From Myxococcales bacterium (GTDB taxonomy: Bacteria > Myxococcota_A > Bradymonadia > UBA7976 > UBA1532): DNA of 64,000 bases. The stretch is taken from contig JACKDP010000007.1 of assembly GCA_020633435.1 (NCBI GenBank), positions 195,531-259,530 of the forward strand. The letters run 5' to 3'. Below the pieces are notes generated by a model. That model was not told the DNA's origin, searched no databases, and saw nothing but the letters and a program-made list of their open reading frames with translations. Every line of letters starts with the position of its first letter. The first letter of the stretch is position 1. Both the position numbers and the translations under genes were made by a program. Of the stretch, positions 20,001 through 28,800 are shown one piece after another.

Positions 20001-22282
20001 CAGTGCGCGTCCACGGCGCAGGGCTGGCCGCCCAGGGGGGGCGACGCGGCGGGCTCGGTGGAGAGCACGAGGCAGACGCTCACGGCGTCGTTGCCCGGGC
20101 GGCCGTCCCGATCCAGATCGGCGGTCAGGTTGGCGGCCAGGACGGCGGGGGGCACGAGGGCGAAGACGCCGCAGTCGGCGGGCGCGGCCGGATCGGCGGC
20201 GCAGGCGTCGGCGGCGGCCTGCCAGGCGTCCAGGAGGGCCTGGCGGTCGATGGCGCCGCTCACGGCGACGTTGCGCAGCGTCAGGTTGCCGTCGGGATCC
20301 GCCTGGATCTCGCCGGTGGCGCCGGGCGTGGCGAGCTGCAGGAAGGTGGCGGCCTCGTAGGGGGCGTCGGCCTCGGTGGCGTAGAAGAGCGGCGAGGGCA
20401 GGCGCGCGGCCGGCCCGCGGTTGGGGGTGCTCAGGGTGCCGTCGGCCACGCGCACGCCGCCGATGGCGGACAGGGCCTCGCCCGTGGCGCTGATGGCGCG
20501 GGGGGCCGCCACGACGCCGTCGTCGACGACGAGGGCCTCCAGGATCTCGAGGGCGAAGCCCTGGTTGGCCGGCGGCGGGAAGCCGGGGGCCCGCACGATC
20601 AGGGCGCGGGTGTCGGCGCCGAGGGCGGCGGCGAGGCGCTGGTTGAAGAGGCCGGCGACGCCGCCGAGGGCGTTGTCGGGGGTGCCGTCGCCGTCCAGAT
20701 CGGCGCAGCGGGCCTCGTCGAACTCCGCGATCCGCAAAGCGTTTACGCGGCCGGTGGGCGGGCCGGGGCAGGCGGCGCCGTTGTCGGCGTAGCCATCGCA
20801 GTCGTCGTCGGCGCCGTTGCAGATCTCGTCCGCGGCGGGGCCGGGCTCGGCGTCGCAGACCAGGCCCGCGCCGTCGGGGGCGCAGACGTTGCGGCCGGGG
20901 CGGGCGCAGATGCCCAGGCCGCCCTCGCAGGCGTCCCCCTTGCCGACGAAGTCCTCGTCGACGCGCCCATCGCAGTCGTCGTCGAAGTCGTTGCACTGCT
21001 CGGGCTCCGGGGGGCGGTCGGCGTCGGCGCGGCAGGTGGCCGCGGCGCCGTCGGCGGTGCACTGGACGCGGGCGCGCACGGGGCAGGCCCCCGAGTCGTC
21101 CACGCAGTCGTCGCCGACGCCCGGGAAGTCCTCGTCGGTGCTGCCATCGCAGTCGTCGTCCAGGTCGTTGCAGCGCTCGGCGCCGGCCATGCCGGGCTCG
21201 CCGGCGCAGGTGGTGCCGGTGCCGTCCTCGCTGCAGGCCAGCTCCCCGGGCCGCGCGCAGACGCCCAGGCCCACCTCGCAGGCGTCCCCCAGATCGGGGA
21301 AGTCCTCGTCGGTGCTGCCATCGCAGTCGTCGTCGAGGCCGTTGCAGGCCTCGGGGCGGTCGTTGCCGGGGGCGGCGTCGCACTCGGTGCCGCCGCCATC
21401 GGGGGCGCAGACGAGCACGCTGTCGCGGGCGCAGGCCCCCTCGCCCACGGTGCAGGCGTCGCCCAGCTCGGGGAACGCCTCGTCGGTGCTGCCATCGCAG
21501 TCGTCATCGAGGCCGTTGCACGTCTCGGGCATGGCCTCGGCGGTGGCGATGCAGGTCACGTCGCCGCCGGTGCAGCGCTCGACGCCCACGGCGCACACGC
21601 CGCGCAGGCCCGTGTCGCAGGCCCCGCCGCCCTCGGGATCACCCTCGTCGGTGTCGCCGTCGCAGTCGTCGTCGACGCCGTTGCAGGCCTCGGCGTCCGC
21701 GGCCACGTCGGCCACGCAGATGAGCCCGCCGCCCACGCACCGCTCGGTGCCGGCGTTGCAGCGGCCGGCCTGGCCCGTCTCGCAGTCGCCGCCGCCGCCG
21801 GGATCGTCCTCGTCGGTGCTGCCGTCGCAGTCGTCATCGACGCCGTTGCAGTCCTCGCGCAGGGCGCGCTGCTCGATCTGGGTGCAGACGATGCTGCCCT
21901 GCTCGCAGCTCGTGCGGCCGGCGCTGCAGAGGCCGGGCTGGTCGGTGGTGCAGTCGTCGCCGCCGCCCGGATCGCCCTCGTCGGTGGCCCGGTCGCAGTC
22001 GTCGTCCTGGCGGTTGCAGATCTCGGCGGCGCCCGGGTTGCGGGTCGGATCCTCGGGATCGCAGTCGCCGGCGGGGAGGGCGCACGACTCGCCCACCACG
22101 TAGCCGTCGCCGTCGGTGTCGGTGCAGGGATCCCCCGGGACGCCGGCCTCGCCCGGGTTGAAGGGCGGCACGTCGCCGGTGGGCGGGCAGCCCGTCAGCG
22201 CCAGGCCACTGAAAAGAAAGAGAAATGCCGCACGGAGGGCCGGGCGCCCCGCCGACGCCCCCCCGGTCGCCGGTGTGAACAT
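17096..22282 (-). CDS. Giant secreted Cys-rich lipoprotein (1728 aa): ~8 MopE-type putative metal-binding repeats, EGF-like Cys-rich modules, three PPC (pre-peptidase C-terminal) domains
   Basis: Lipobox FLFLFSGLALTGC. GAGGAGG RBS. Repeated CNGxDDDCDGSTDE units. Many CxDDxDCxxGxC modules. DWYAVFLSNGDRLTVNLDVDD is a PPC signature. The antisense 1860-aa ORF is Gly/Ala junk. Confidence 0.85.
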   Translation of the reverse strand: MFTPATGGASAGRPALRAAFLFLFSGLALTGCPPTGDVPPFNPGEAGVPGDPCTDTDGDGYVVGESCALPAGDCDPEDPTRNPGAAEICNRQDDDCDRATDEGDPGGGDDCTTDQPGLCSAGRTSCEQGSIVCTQIEQRALREDCNGVDDDCDGSTDEDDPGGGGDCETGQAGRCNAGTERCVGGGLICVADVAADAEACNGVDDDCDGDTDEGDPEGGGACDTGLRGVCAVGVERCTGGDVTCIATAEAMPETCNGLDDDCDGSTDEAFPELGDACTVGEGACARDSVLVCAPDGGGTECDAAPGNDRPEACNGLDDDCDGSTDEDFPDLGDACEVGLGVCARPGELACSEDGTGTTCAGEPGMAGAERCNDLDDDCDGSTDEDFPGVGDDCVDDSGACPVRARVQCTADGAAATCRADADRPPEPEQCNDFDDDCDGRVDEDFVGKGDACEGGLGICARPGRNVCAPDGAGLVCDAEPGPAADEICNGADDDCDGYADNGAACPGPPTGRVNALRIAEFDEARCADLDGDGTPDNALGGVAGLFNQRLAAALGADTRALIVRAPGFPPPANQGFALEILEALVVDDGVVAAPRAISATGEALSAIGGVRVADGTLSTPNRGPAARLPSPLFYATEADAPYEAATFLQLATPGATGEIQADPDGNLTLRNVAVSGAIDRQALLDAWQAAADACAADPAAPADCGVFALVPPAVLAANLTADLDRDGRPGNDAVSVCLVLSTEPAASPPLGGQPCAVDAHCAAGLVCRAAPVSAGPQLGTSLQPRCGPPGPGDRGEGEACADDGDCRGGLCLATTAAGPRCTHLCGDDAPCGAGEACRGVAVDVPGALTQGGRSAAVCVPFAGSGGPCDGVCAGAEVCGVWLAGALATPGGVVEAEGRCERPSADGAALGATCDDAFDCVHGGGCVADLADALRCAAPCAAPADCAGDAVCVTRPLLDAAAGQPALEQGFCLPVPPEVGSGAACTADVDCPGTETCRAFALPGGDVERFCGRGQGFFTVGQPCDQGADCASGRCNGGFCGGLCADEADCGARLTCRADAVRDAAGRVLGGDCGGAGQACVVDRDCANAPGCAGGRCVCDQRACRIGCRFPGACPAGLYCQPDNTCAVYCRDDEAEPDDGPDEAGVLELGRRHPRIERTGTLCGTSAEDWMTFIGQGYPFAITLAATGDAPGLVLDAQLLDAFGAPLAEATVEDGPDGPVLRLAVDDAATARDLAGQPILLGIRGSGIVDAATYALVATLDFPACADPAAEPRDEPWEFTEIGTDPSPVAQQVINGAICAQDTDWYAVFLSNGDRLTVNLDVDDPAIAQGLEVDLIGPDHPRMPSARVQASIPAGLGGQLVFTPPALSCNLQTRFCHLADGTRTGVFCSNAPALCFGVPWYLRVRGAGAFDQSAYTLTTRVDRAQATQCVPDVHEQDEIFDLSRPAAALGPDADAEVAIDIFRDPVETLPMGKSFSLEKRACGGDDPDGFTDFDSIQVALKAGERLRVEVRQPGPVEQMVFAAYRFNPATGSLDLFGDALLINDAVFTQDVIAQDDNIYGVRVVRPSNPGGAYSYSLPYVMTSRRLPAGFQPDTGCASPTRLPLVGGRASVRGSTLGAEDDHHPLQCAGGLGPDRVYVIRPPAGAGRLIARVDADGADANDPSVSIRTGCAAENSELACNEDDGTAASPLRAARAEADMQGGRDVFIIVDSFDADRAGAYLLSLEWQAQ

Positions 22283-22341
22283 GCAGTGCCTCCTCGCTCA
22301 GCCGGCCCGCCTCCCCGACGGCCCGGCTGGTGGCAGGATCC

Positions 22342-23079
22342 CTAGAAACCCGTGGAGAAAGATAGCCCGAAGCCGCCGGGCGCCGGTACCACGGCGAGGC
22401 CGGCCTTGCCCTCCGCGGGCGCGGGGCGGTCGTGCAGCACGAAGGCCATGACCGCGCCGCCGGCGACGAGGGCGCCGCCGAGGCCGTAGAACGTCCAGGC
22501 CAGGGTGCTGGAGCCCGACCGCTGATCGACCAGCTCGTCGTAGCGGGCGCGGTCGGGGCGGCGGCTCGCCGTCTGGAGGGCGTCGTCGGCCTCCTGGGCG
22601 TCGAGGGCGAAGACGAGGCCGAGGACGAGGCTCAGGGCGCCGGCGCCCATGGTGCCGTAGCCGATGAGATCCCAGGGCGTGCCGCCGGGCGGCGGCGGCG
22701 TCTCGGTGCCACCGCCGGCCTGCTTCTTCTTCTGCTCCAGCAGCTCCACCTCCATCTCGGCGACCTCCTTCTGGGCCAGGAGGGCCTCGGGGGAGCCGGG
22801 GAAGCGGTCGATGACCTGCTGGTACTGGTCGCGGGCCTCGTCGTGGGCGTCGGTCCGGGCGAGGCCGCGGGCCAGCAGCAGGGGGTACTCGGGGGAGCAG
22901 CCGTCCAGGCGGACGGCGATGCGGAAGAGCGGCACCGCCTCGGCGTACTGCTTCTTCTTGGCCAGGCGCACGCCCTCGCGGGCGTTCACCTCGGCGGTGG
23001 TGGGATCCTGGGCGTCGCAGGGCGCGGCCTGGGCCACACCGGCGAGCAGGACGAGCAGGAGCGGGCTGAACAGGCGCAT
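22342..23079 (-). CDS. Secreted/membrane TPR-like protein (245 aa)
   Basis: Signal peptide MRLFSPLLLVLLAGVAQA, a helical repeat region, then two TM helices. Start lies 2 nt after the upstream kinase-tail stop. Confidence 0.6.
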   Translation of the reverse strand: MRLFSPLLLVLLAGVAQAAPCDAQDPTTAEVNAREGVRLAKKKQYAEAVPLFRIAVRLDGCSPEYPLLLARGLARTDAHDEARDQYQQVIDRFPGSPEALLAQKEVAEMEVELLEQKKKQAGGGTETPPPPGGTPWDLIGYGTMGAGALSLVLGLVFALDAQEADDALQTASRRPDRARYDELVDQRSGSSTLAWTFYGLGGALVAGGAVMAFVLHDRPAPAEGKAGLAVVPAPGGFGLSFSTGF

Positions 23080-23080
23080 C

Positions 23081-23470
23081 TCAGAACTCGCTGGCTTCCA
23101 GGGTGGTGCGATCGACGATCTGCTTGATGCGGCGCTGGGCGTCCTGGCCCTTGCTGCCGCTCAGCCCCTTGGAGAGGGCCTCGACGAAGTAGCGCTGCGC
23201 GCTCTTGGGCGCGCCGCGGCGCTGGGCATCCACGCCCTTGTTGTAGTCGGCCTCCGCCTCGGCGATGTCGGCGGCGGTGGGGTTGGCCTTGGGCACCACG
23301 CGGACGCCGGCCACCTGGATGGGGGCGGCCACGGCGGGGGGCGCCGTCGCGGGGGCGGCCGTCACGGGGGCGGCGACGGTGACCGGGGCGGCGACCGCGT
23401 CGCGGGGCGGGCGCGGCTTGCGCGGCTCGGGGGCCTTGGAGGCGACGAGAGGCGACGGAGGCCACCGCGG
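23081..23470 (-). other. Probable C-terminal domain of the kinase, lying in a different frame
   Basis: The 23081..25057 frame reads coding-like only in its last ~130 codons (..PVTVAAPVTAAPATAPPAVAAPIQVAGVRVVPKANPTAADIAEAEADYNKGVDAQRRGAPKSAQRYFVEALSKGLSGSKGQDAQRRIKQIV..). Meanwhile the kinase frame degenerates into R/P/S junk after the TM helix. Confidence 0.35.
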
Positions 23471-25113
23471 CGTCGGGCGGCGGCGGCGGGGGCGGCGTCC
23501 GGCACGGCGGCGTCGTCGAGGGCCGCGGCGGCCGCGGCGGCGTCGTCGGGACCGCGGCGTCCGCCGGAGGCGGCGGCGGCGCGGCGTCCACGGGGCGGCG
23601 GCGCCGCGGTGGGCGGGGCCACCGTCGCGGGGGCGATCCCGCCGGCCACCACGGGCGGCGGCGGGGTGGGGGCGGGCCAGAGCAGCCAGACGACGAAGGC
23701 GATGATGACGGCGGCGGCCGCGATGAGCAGGACCATGCGGCCGCGGCCGGGGGCCTCGGGCAGGACCTCCAGCTCGGGGATGGTCTCGATGGAGGGCCGC
23801 GCCACCACGGGGGGCGGGCCGTCCATCGCCAGGGGCGCCGACAGCCGCTCCGGCGGGGGGGCCAGGGCGTCGAACGGGGGCGGCCCGGTGCGCAGGGCGG
23901 GGTGCTCCCCCGACGTGCGCAGGGCGGGGTGCTCCCCCGAGCCGCGGAAGACCGGCTGGCTGCCCGACGGGTAAGCTCCCGAAATCGAACCAGAATCCTC
24001 GATGTCGCGCGAGCCGGGCGCCGGGAAGTGGCTCACCGACGGGATGGGCGCGCGGTCGCGGGCCTCGTCGATGGCGGTGAGGACGTCGAGGGCCTCGCGG
24101 GCGCTGCCGTAGCGCTGGCGAGGATCGATGGCCATGCACTTCTTGATGAAGTTGGTCAGGGCCAGGGGCACGGCCTCCCCGAGGCCCGTCTGCTGGACGT
24201 GCGGGCGGGGGCTGCGGCAGTGGGCCGCGGCCATCTCGGCCAGCTCCATCTTGGGGATGGGCGGCTGGCCCAGCAGCATCTCGGCCATCATCACGCCGAA
24301 GGCGTAGACGTCGGTGCAGGGGGCCGTGGTCTGGGCGCGCCACTGCTCCGGGGCCATGTACTTGGGGGTGCCGATGACGCCGCCGCCCGCGCCCATGCGG
24401 GTGGTGTGGCCGCCGGAGCCCTGCAGGGACGAGATGCCGAAGTCGAAGAGGCGGGCGAAGTGCTTGCGCCCCTTGCTCTCGTCGATGAGGACGTTGCCCG
24501 GCTTGAGGTCGCGGTGCACGACGCCCATGTGGTGGGCCGCCGCCAGGCCGCGCAGGATGTTCACGCCCAGCTTGAGGGCCGACTCCAGGCCCACGCCCCG
24601 CTGCAGGGTGCGCAGGTACTGGCGCAGCGTCGGCCCGTGGACGAGCTCCATCACGAAGTACAGGAGGCGGTCGTTCTCCTCGTCGCTCAGGCTCGTCTCG
24701 CCGTAGTCGAAGAGCGTCACGACGTTGGGATCGAGGAGGGAGGCGGCCGTCCGGGCCTCGCGCTTGAAGCGGCTGATGACGGCCGGATCCACCTCGGGAT
24801 CCACCATCAGGACCTTGATGGCGACGTCGCGGGCGAGGGCGCGCTGCTCGGCGCGGTAGACGGCCCCGAAGCCGCCGGCGCCGAGGTAGCCGTTGATGAT
24901 GTACGCCTCGCCGATGGTCACCCCGAGGAGGTGCTGCTTCGAGCGCGGCGTCCGCGCCAGCATGCCCGCGGTGACCGCGTGCACGCCGCCGGAGATGGAG
25001 TGGTCGATCGGGCAATAGGGGTCGTCGGCCGAGAGCTGCTGGGCGCACTTCGGGCACACGAGCGCGGTCGGATCCGGCGGTCCTGCCGGCGGCTGTTCGG
25101 CGTCACCCCCCAT
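23362..25113 (-). CDS. Hanks-type Ser/Thr protein kinase with N-terminal zinc-ribbon and C-terminal TM helix
   Basis: CPKC...CPID. Kinase subdomains GxGxxGxV (GAGGFGAVY), AIK, HRDLKPGNVLI, DFG, APE. TM helix MVLLIAAAAVIIAFVVWLLW near the end of the frame. Confidence 0.9.
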   Translation of the reverse strand: MGGDAEQPPAGPPDPTALVCPKCAQQLSADDPYCPIDHSISGGVHAVTAGMLARTPRSKQHLLGVTIGEAYIINGYLGAGGFGAVYRAEQRALARDVAIKVLMVDPEVDPAVISRFKREARTAASLLDPNVVTLFDYGETSLSDEENDRLLYFVMELVHGPTLRQYLRTLQRGVGLESALKLGVNILRGLAAAHHMGVVHRDLKPGNVLIDESKGRKHFARLFDFGISSLQGSGGHTTRMGAGGGVIGTPKYMAPEQWRAQTTAPCTDVYAFGVMMAEMLLGQPPIPKMELAEMAAAHCRSPRPHVQQTGLGEAVPLALTNFIKKCMAIDPRQRYGSAREALDVLTAIDEARDRAPIPSVSHFPAPGSRDIEDSGSISGAYPSGSQPVFRGSGEHPALRTSGEHPALRTGPPPFDALAPPPERLSAPLAMDGPPPVVARPSIETIPELEVLPEAPGRGRMVLLIAAAAVIIAFVVWLLWPAPTPPPPVVAGGIAPATVAPPTAAPPPRGRRAAAASGGRRGPDDAAAAAAALDDAAVPDAAPAAAARRRGGLRRLSSPPRPPSRASRARPATRSPPRSPSPPP

Positions 25114-25194
25114 CGCGTCCGAACGCTATCGGCGTTTAGGGTCCGCGCGCAACTTCGGCGTGCGGGTTGTGCAGCGGGGCGCGGCAGAAGCGGG

Positions 25195-26970
25195 TCAGCG
25201 GGCGTGGCTGAACAGCTCGGGCAGGGGGAGATCCTTGAGGAGCTGCTGGGTGCGCAGGGCCACCCGGCGCTCGATCTCGGCCGTGGTGACCAGGGCGGAG
25301 AGCTCGCTGAAGAGGGCCCGGCAGTCCGCCATGCTGATGGCCCGCACCACCGACTTCACCAGGGGCACGCTCACCGTGTTCATGGACAGCTCGGTGAGGC
25401 CCAGGCCCAGCAGCACCGGGATGTAGCCGGGCTCGCCCGCCATCTCGCCGCACATGCTCACCGGGATGCCGGCGGCGTGGGCGGCGGCCACCACCTGCGC
25501 CAGCACGCGCAGGACGGCGGGGTGCAGGGGCCGGTAGAGGTGGGCGACGTGCTCGTTGCCGCGGTCGATGGCCAGCATGTACTGGATGAGGTCGTTGGTG
25601 CCGATGGCGAAGAAGTCGGCCTCGTGGGCGAGGACGTCGGCGATGAGGGCCGCGCTCGGCAGCTCGATCATGATGCCGAGGGGGATGTCGTCGGCCACGG
25701 CGTGCCCGGCGGCCACGACCTCGTCGCGGCAGTCCTGCAGCAGCGCGCGCACCACGCGGACCTCCTCGACCCCGCTCACGAGGGGGATGAGGATGCGCAG
25801 GCGGCCGTGGGCCGAGGCGCGCAGCAGGGCGCGCAGCTGCGTCTTGAAGAGCTTGAGCTCGTGCAGACAGAAGCGGATGGCCCGCAGGCCCATGACCGGG
25901 TTGAGCTCCCGGTTGCGCTTGAGGTGCTCGATGAACTTGTCGCCGCCGATGTCGAGGGTGCGGATGGTCGCCCCGGAGGGGCCCGCGTCCTCCACCACCT
26001 GCCGGTAGGCCGCGTACTGCTCGTCCTCGGAGGGCAGCGTCTCGCGGTTCATGTACAGGTACTCGGTGCGGTACAGGCCCACGCCGAGGGCGCCGAACTC
26101 GAGGGCGGTGCGCGTCTCCTCGGGGCGCTCCACGTTGGCGGCGATGTGCACGGGGACGCCGTCGGTGGTGGCGGCCGGGGCGTGGCGGCTGGCGGTGATG
26201 ACGGCCAGGCGGTTCTGCCACTCGAGCTGCAGGCGCTGGTAGCGGGCGAGCTCGACGGGGCTCGGGTTGACGACGATGCGCCCGCTGGCCCCGTCCAGGA
26301 TGAGCATGTCGCCCGTGGCCACGCGCTCGCTGATGTTCTCCAGGCCCACGACGGCCGGCAGATCGAGGGAGCGGGCCATGATGGCCGTGTGGCTCGTCTT
26401 GCCCCCGGCGTCGGTCGCGAAGCCCAGCACCGCCGTCCGCATGAGGAAGGCGGTGTCGGCGGGGGAGAGGTCGTGGGCGACGACGATGGCGCTCGGCCCC
26501 ACCAGGCTGAGGTTCGGCTGGGCGGTGCCGAGCAGGTTGCGCAGCACGCGGGAGCCCACGAACTCCACGTCGGCGCGGCGCTCGCGGAAGTACTCGTCGT
26601 CGATGTTGTCGAAGAGCTGCTTGATGCTGCGGATGACCTTCTTCAGCGCCCACTCGGCGTTGATGAGGTCGGCGCGGATGGCCTCCCGGGTGGCGTGCAC
26701 GAGCTGCTCGTCGCGCAGCATGAGCTGGTGGGCCTCCAGGATGAGGCCGTGCTCCTCGCCGGCGTCGCTGAGCTTGTCGCGCACGTCCTGGATCTGGCTC
26801 TCGGACTGGGCCAGGGCGGCCTCCAGGCGCTCGAGCTCGCTCTCCACCTGGTCATGGGGCAGGTGGTACTTGGGGATCTGGATGCGGCGGCGATCCACGA
26901 GGTGAGCGCGGCCGATGGCGTAGCCCGGCGAGACGCCGATGCCTTCCATCACGAAGCGCTCGGCGCTCAT
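25195..26970 (-). CDS. ptsI: Phosphoenolpyruvate-protein phosphotransferase (PTS enzyme I)
   Basis: Full EI architecture (GGKTSHTAIMARSL, catalytic His region, PEP-utilising TIM barrel ...GTNDLIQY). ATG at 26970 lies 3 nt after the ptsH stop. Confidence 0.95.
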   Translation of the reverse strand: MSAERFVMEGIGVSPGYAIGRAHLVDRRRIQIPKYHLPHDQVESELERLEAALAQSESQIQDVRDKLSDAGEEHGLILEAHQLMLRDEQLVHATREAIRADLINAEWALKKVIRSIKQLFDNIDDEYFRERRADVEFVGSRVLRNLLGTAQPNLSLVGPSAIVVAHDLSPADTAFLMRTAVLGFATDAGGKTSHTAIMARSLDLPAVVGLENISERVATGDMLILDGASGRIVVNPSPVELARYQRLQLEWQNRLAVITASRHAPAATTDGVPVHIAANVERPEETRTALEFGALGVGLYRTEYLYMNRETLPSEDEQYAAYRQVVEDAGPSGATIRTLDIGGDKFIEHLKRNRELNPVMGLRAIRFCLHELKLFKTQLRALLRASAHGRLRILIPLVSGVEEVRVVRALLQDCRDEVVAAGHAVADDIPLGIMIELPSAALIADVLAHEADFFAIGTNDLIQYMLAIDRGNEHVAHLYRPLHPAVLRVLAQVVAAAHAAGIPVSMCGEMAGEPGYIPVLLGLGLTELSMNTVSVPLVKSVVRAISMADCRALFSELSALVTTAEIERRVALRTQQLLKDLPLPELFSHAR

Positions 26971-26972
26971 GG

Positions 26973-27251
26973 TCACTCACCCTCCCCGAACCGGGACGCG
27001 ATGCAGGCCTCGATGGCGTCGAGGGCCTCGCGGGCGTCCTCCCCCTCGCAGACGACCGTGACGAAGGAGCCGCGCGCGGCCGCCAGCGTCATGATGCCCA
27101 GGATGGACTTGCCGTTGACCGACTGCCCGTCCTTGGTGAGCGTGATGCCGGCCTTGTACCGGCTGGTGACCCGCACCAGCGTCGCGGCCGCCCGGGCGTG
27201 CAGCCCGAGCAGGTTGACGATCTGGAACGTCCCACGGATGGCGTCGCTCAT
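26973..27251 (-). CDS. ptsH: Phosphocarrier protein HPr
   Basis: 92 aa. GLHARAAATLV (His15 region) and KSILGIMTL (Ser46 region). Confidence 0.9.
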   Translation of the reverse strand: MSDAIRGTFQIVNLLGLHARAAATLVRVTSRYKAGITLTKDGQSVNGKSILGIMTLAAARGSFVTVVCEGEDAREALDAIEACIASRFGEGE

Positions 27252-27286
27252 CGGCCGACCTCACCTCCAGTGTAGCAGGAGCACCG

Positions 27287-28078
27287 TCAACCCCCCAGGA
27301 TCGGGAAGATGGACTGCATGCCCAGGACGAACACGATGCACCCCAGCGCGAAGGCGTAGAGCAGCGCCAGCATCGGGAGCTGGCGCTTCAAGCACAGAAA
27401 CGAGATCACCGTCAGGGTGCCCAGCAGGAAGGGCTCCAGGCCGTCGCCGAGGGCGAGGCCCGACGTGCGGGCCACGAAGGCCTGCTGGGCCGCCACGACC
27501 CCCAGGACGAGGCCCGTCAGCACATGGGCCCAGTCCGACAGGCGCACCAGGCGCAGGCGGTTCAGGTCGATGGCGACCTGCTCGGCCACGCGGTAGCCGC
27601 GGAAGATGCCGAACACCCGCACCGACAGGTGGCAGGCGTTGTAGAGGGCCAGGAAGCCGATGGGCGCCCAGGCGTGTCCGAGCAGCAGCCCCAGCACGGC
27701 GCAGGCCGCGCAGAAGGGCTTGAGGCTCGTCCAGAAGAAGCCGTCACCGAGGGCCGCCAGGGGGCCCATCATGGTCCGCTTGAAGGCGCGCACCCGCTCG
27801 GGGCTGGCGGTGCCGGCGGCGATGTCCTCTTCCATCCGCACGGCGGCGCCGAGGACGGCGCAGGCCATGTACGGGTGGCTGTTGAAGAACTCCAGGTGCC
27901 GCTCCAGCGCGGCGCGCAGCTCGGGGCCCCGGTGGAGGCGCCGCAGGGCCGGCAGCATGCAGGTGGCGAAGCCGACGTTCTGCATCCGCTGGTAGTTGGC
28001 GGCGGCCAGGAAGAAGAAGCTCTTCCAGAGCACCTGCAGCAGCACGAAGCCGCCGACGCGCGGGCGGGTCGTCGTCAT
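27287..28078 (-). CDS. PTS mannose/fructose/sorbose-family IID component
   Basis: MTTTRPRVGGFVLLQVLWKSFFFLAAANYQRMQNVGF matches the IID consensus. ATGA overlap with the IIC stop. The upstream 200 codons of the ORF are junk. Confidence 0.85.
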   Translation of the reverse strand: MTTTRPRVGGFVLLQVLWKSFFFLAAANYQRMQNVGFATCMLPALRRLHRGPELRAALERHLEFFNSHPYMACAVLGAAVRMEEDIAAGTASPERVRAFKRTMMGPLAALGDGFFWTSLKPFCAACAVLGLLLGHAWAPIGFLALYNACHLSVRVFGIFRGYRVAEQVAIDLNRLRLVRLSDWAHVLTGLVLGVVAAQQAFVARTSGLALGDGLEPFLLGTLTVISFLCLKRQLPMLALLYAFALGCIVFVLGMQSIFPILGG

Positions 28079-28797
28079 GGCGAGCCCCCCGGGCGCAGCA
28101 GGAGGAGCGCGAGGACGAACGAGACCGTGGCCAGCGCCAGCGCCCGCCGGCGCCGCAGGTGGGACAGGGCGACCCCCAGGCCCACGGCCGGGATGACGTA
28201 GACCTCCACCGCCGTGATCGCCGTGCCCAGCGTCAGGCCGTTGAGGGCGTGGTGGAGCAGCCCGAGCAGCGCGAAGCCCACCAGCGCCCCCCCGGCCACC
28301 AGGCCGGCGCCCACGATGAAGGCCCGCACCAGCCCCAGCCAGGGCAGGCGCCCGATGCGCTCGGGGTGATCGCCGCGCACCAGGGTGTCGGCGCGCCGCG
28401 CCAGCAGCATGTTGGCCCGGTCCGTCTGCACCTCCGCCCAGCGGCCCACCAGGCTGAGGGGCGCGCCCAGCAGGATGGCCATGCCCTCCAGGGCCAGGGG
28501 GGCCGGCGGCTCGGTGTGGCGCTGCGTCAGGAAGACCATGCCGCCGATGGCCAGGCTGGCCACCGTCTCGTTCTGGGGCACGTTCGCGCCGAAGAGGGAC
28601 GACGCCATCCAGAGGAGCTGGAGGACGGCGCCGAGCTGCAGGCCGGCGCCCGGCGCGCCCAGGCACAGGGCCAGCAGCGGCACCGCCACCACGGGCTGGC
28701 TCAGCATGAGCTGGAACGCCCCGCGCCGATCCAGGCTCAACCCGCCGCCGATCAGGGCGATCACCGCGAGGTCGAGGCCGAGGGCGACGGGATCCAT
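28075..28797 (-). CDS. PTS mannose-family IIC component
   Basis: Polytopic protein. Family position in the operon. Confidence 0.8.
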   Translation of the reverse strand: MDPVALGLDLAVIALIGGGLSLDRRGAFQLMLSQPVVAVPLLALCLGAPGAGLQLGAVLQLLWMASSLFGANVPQNETVASLAIGGMVFLTQRHTEPPAPLALEGMAILLGAPLSLVGRWAEVQTDRANMLLARRADTLVRGDHPERIGRLPWLGLVRAFIVGAGLVAGGALVGFALLGLLHHALNGLTLGTAITAVEVYVIPAVGLGVALSHLRRRRALALATVSFVLALLLLRPGGSP

Positions 28798-28800
28798 GGG

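Noticed and set aside
16763-22345. 1860-aa plus-strand ORF antisense to the giant Cys-rich lipoprotein
   Set aside because: Gly/Ala/Val-only low-complexity translation. The minus strand has a lipobox, a strong RBS and repeated CNGxDDDCDG modules.
23902-27723. 1273-aa plus-strand ORF across the kinase/ptsI/ptsH region, plus 25136..26653 minus-strand ORF
   Set aside because: Antisense or out-of-frame relative to textbook PtsI/HPr/kinase sequences. Junk composition.
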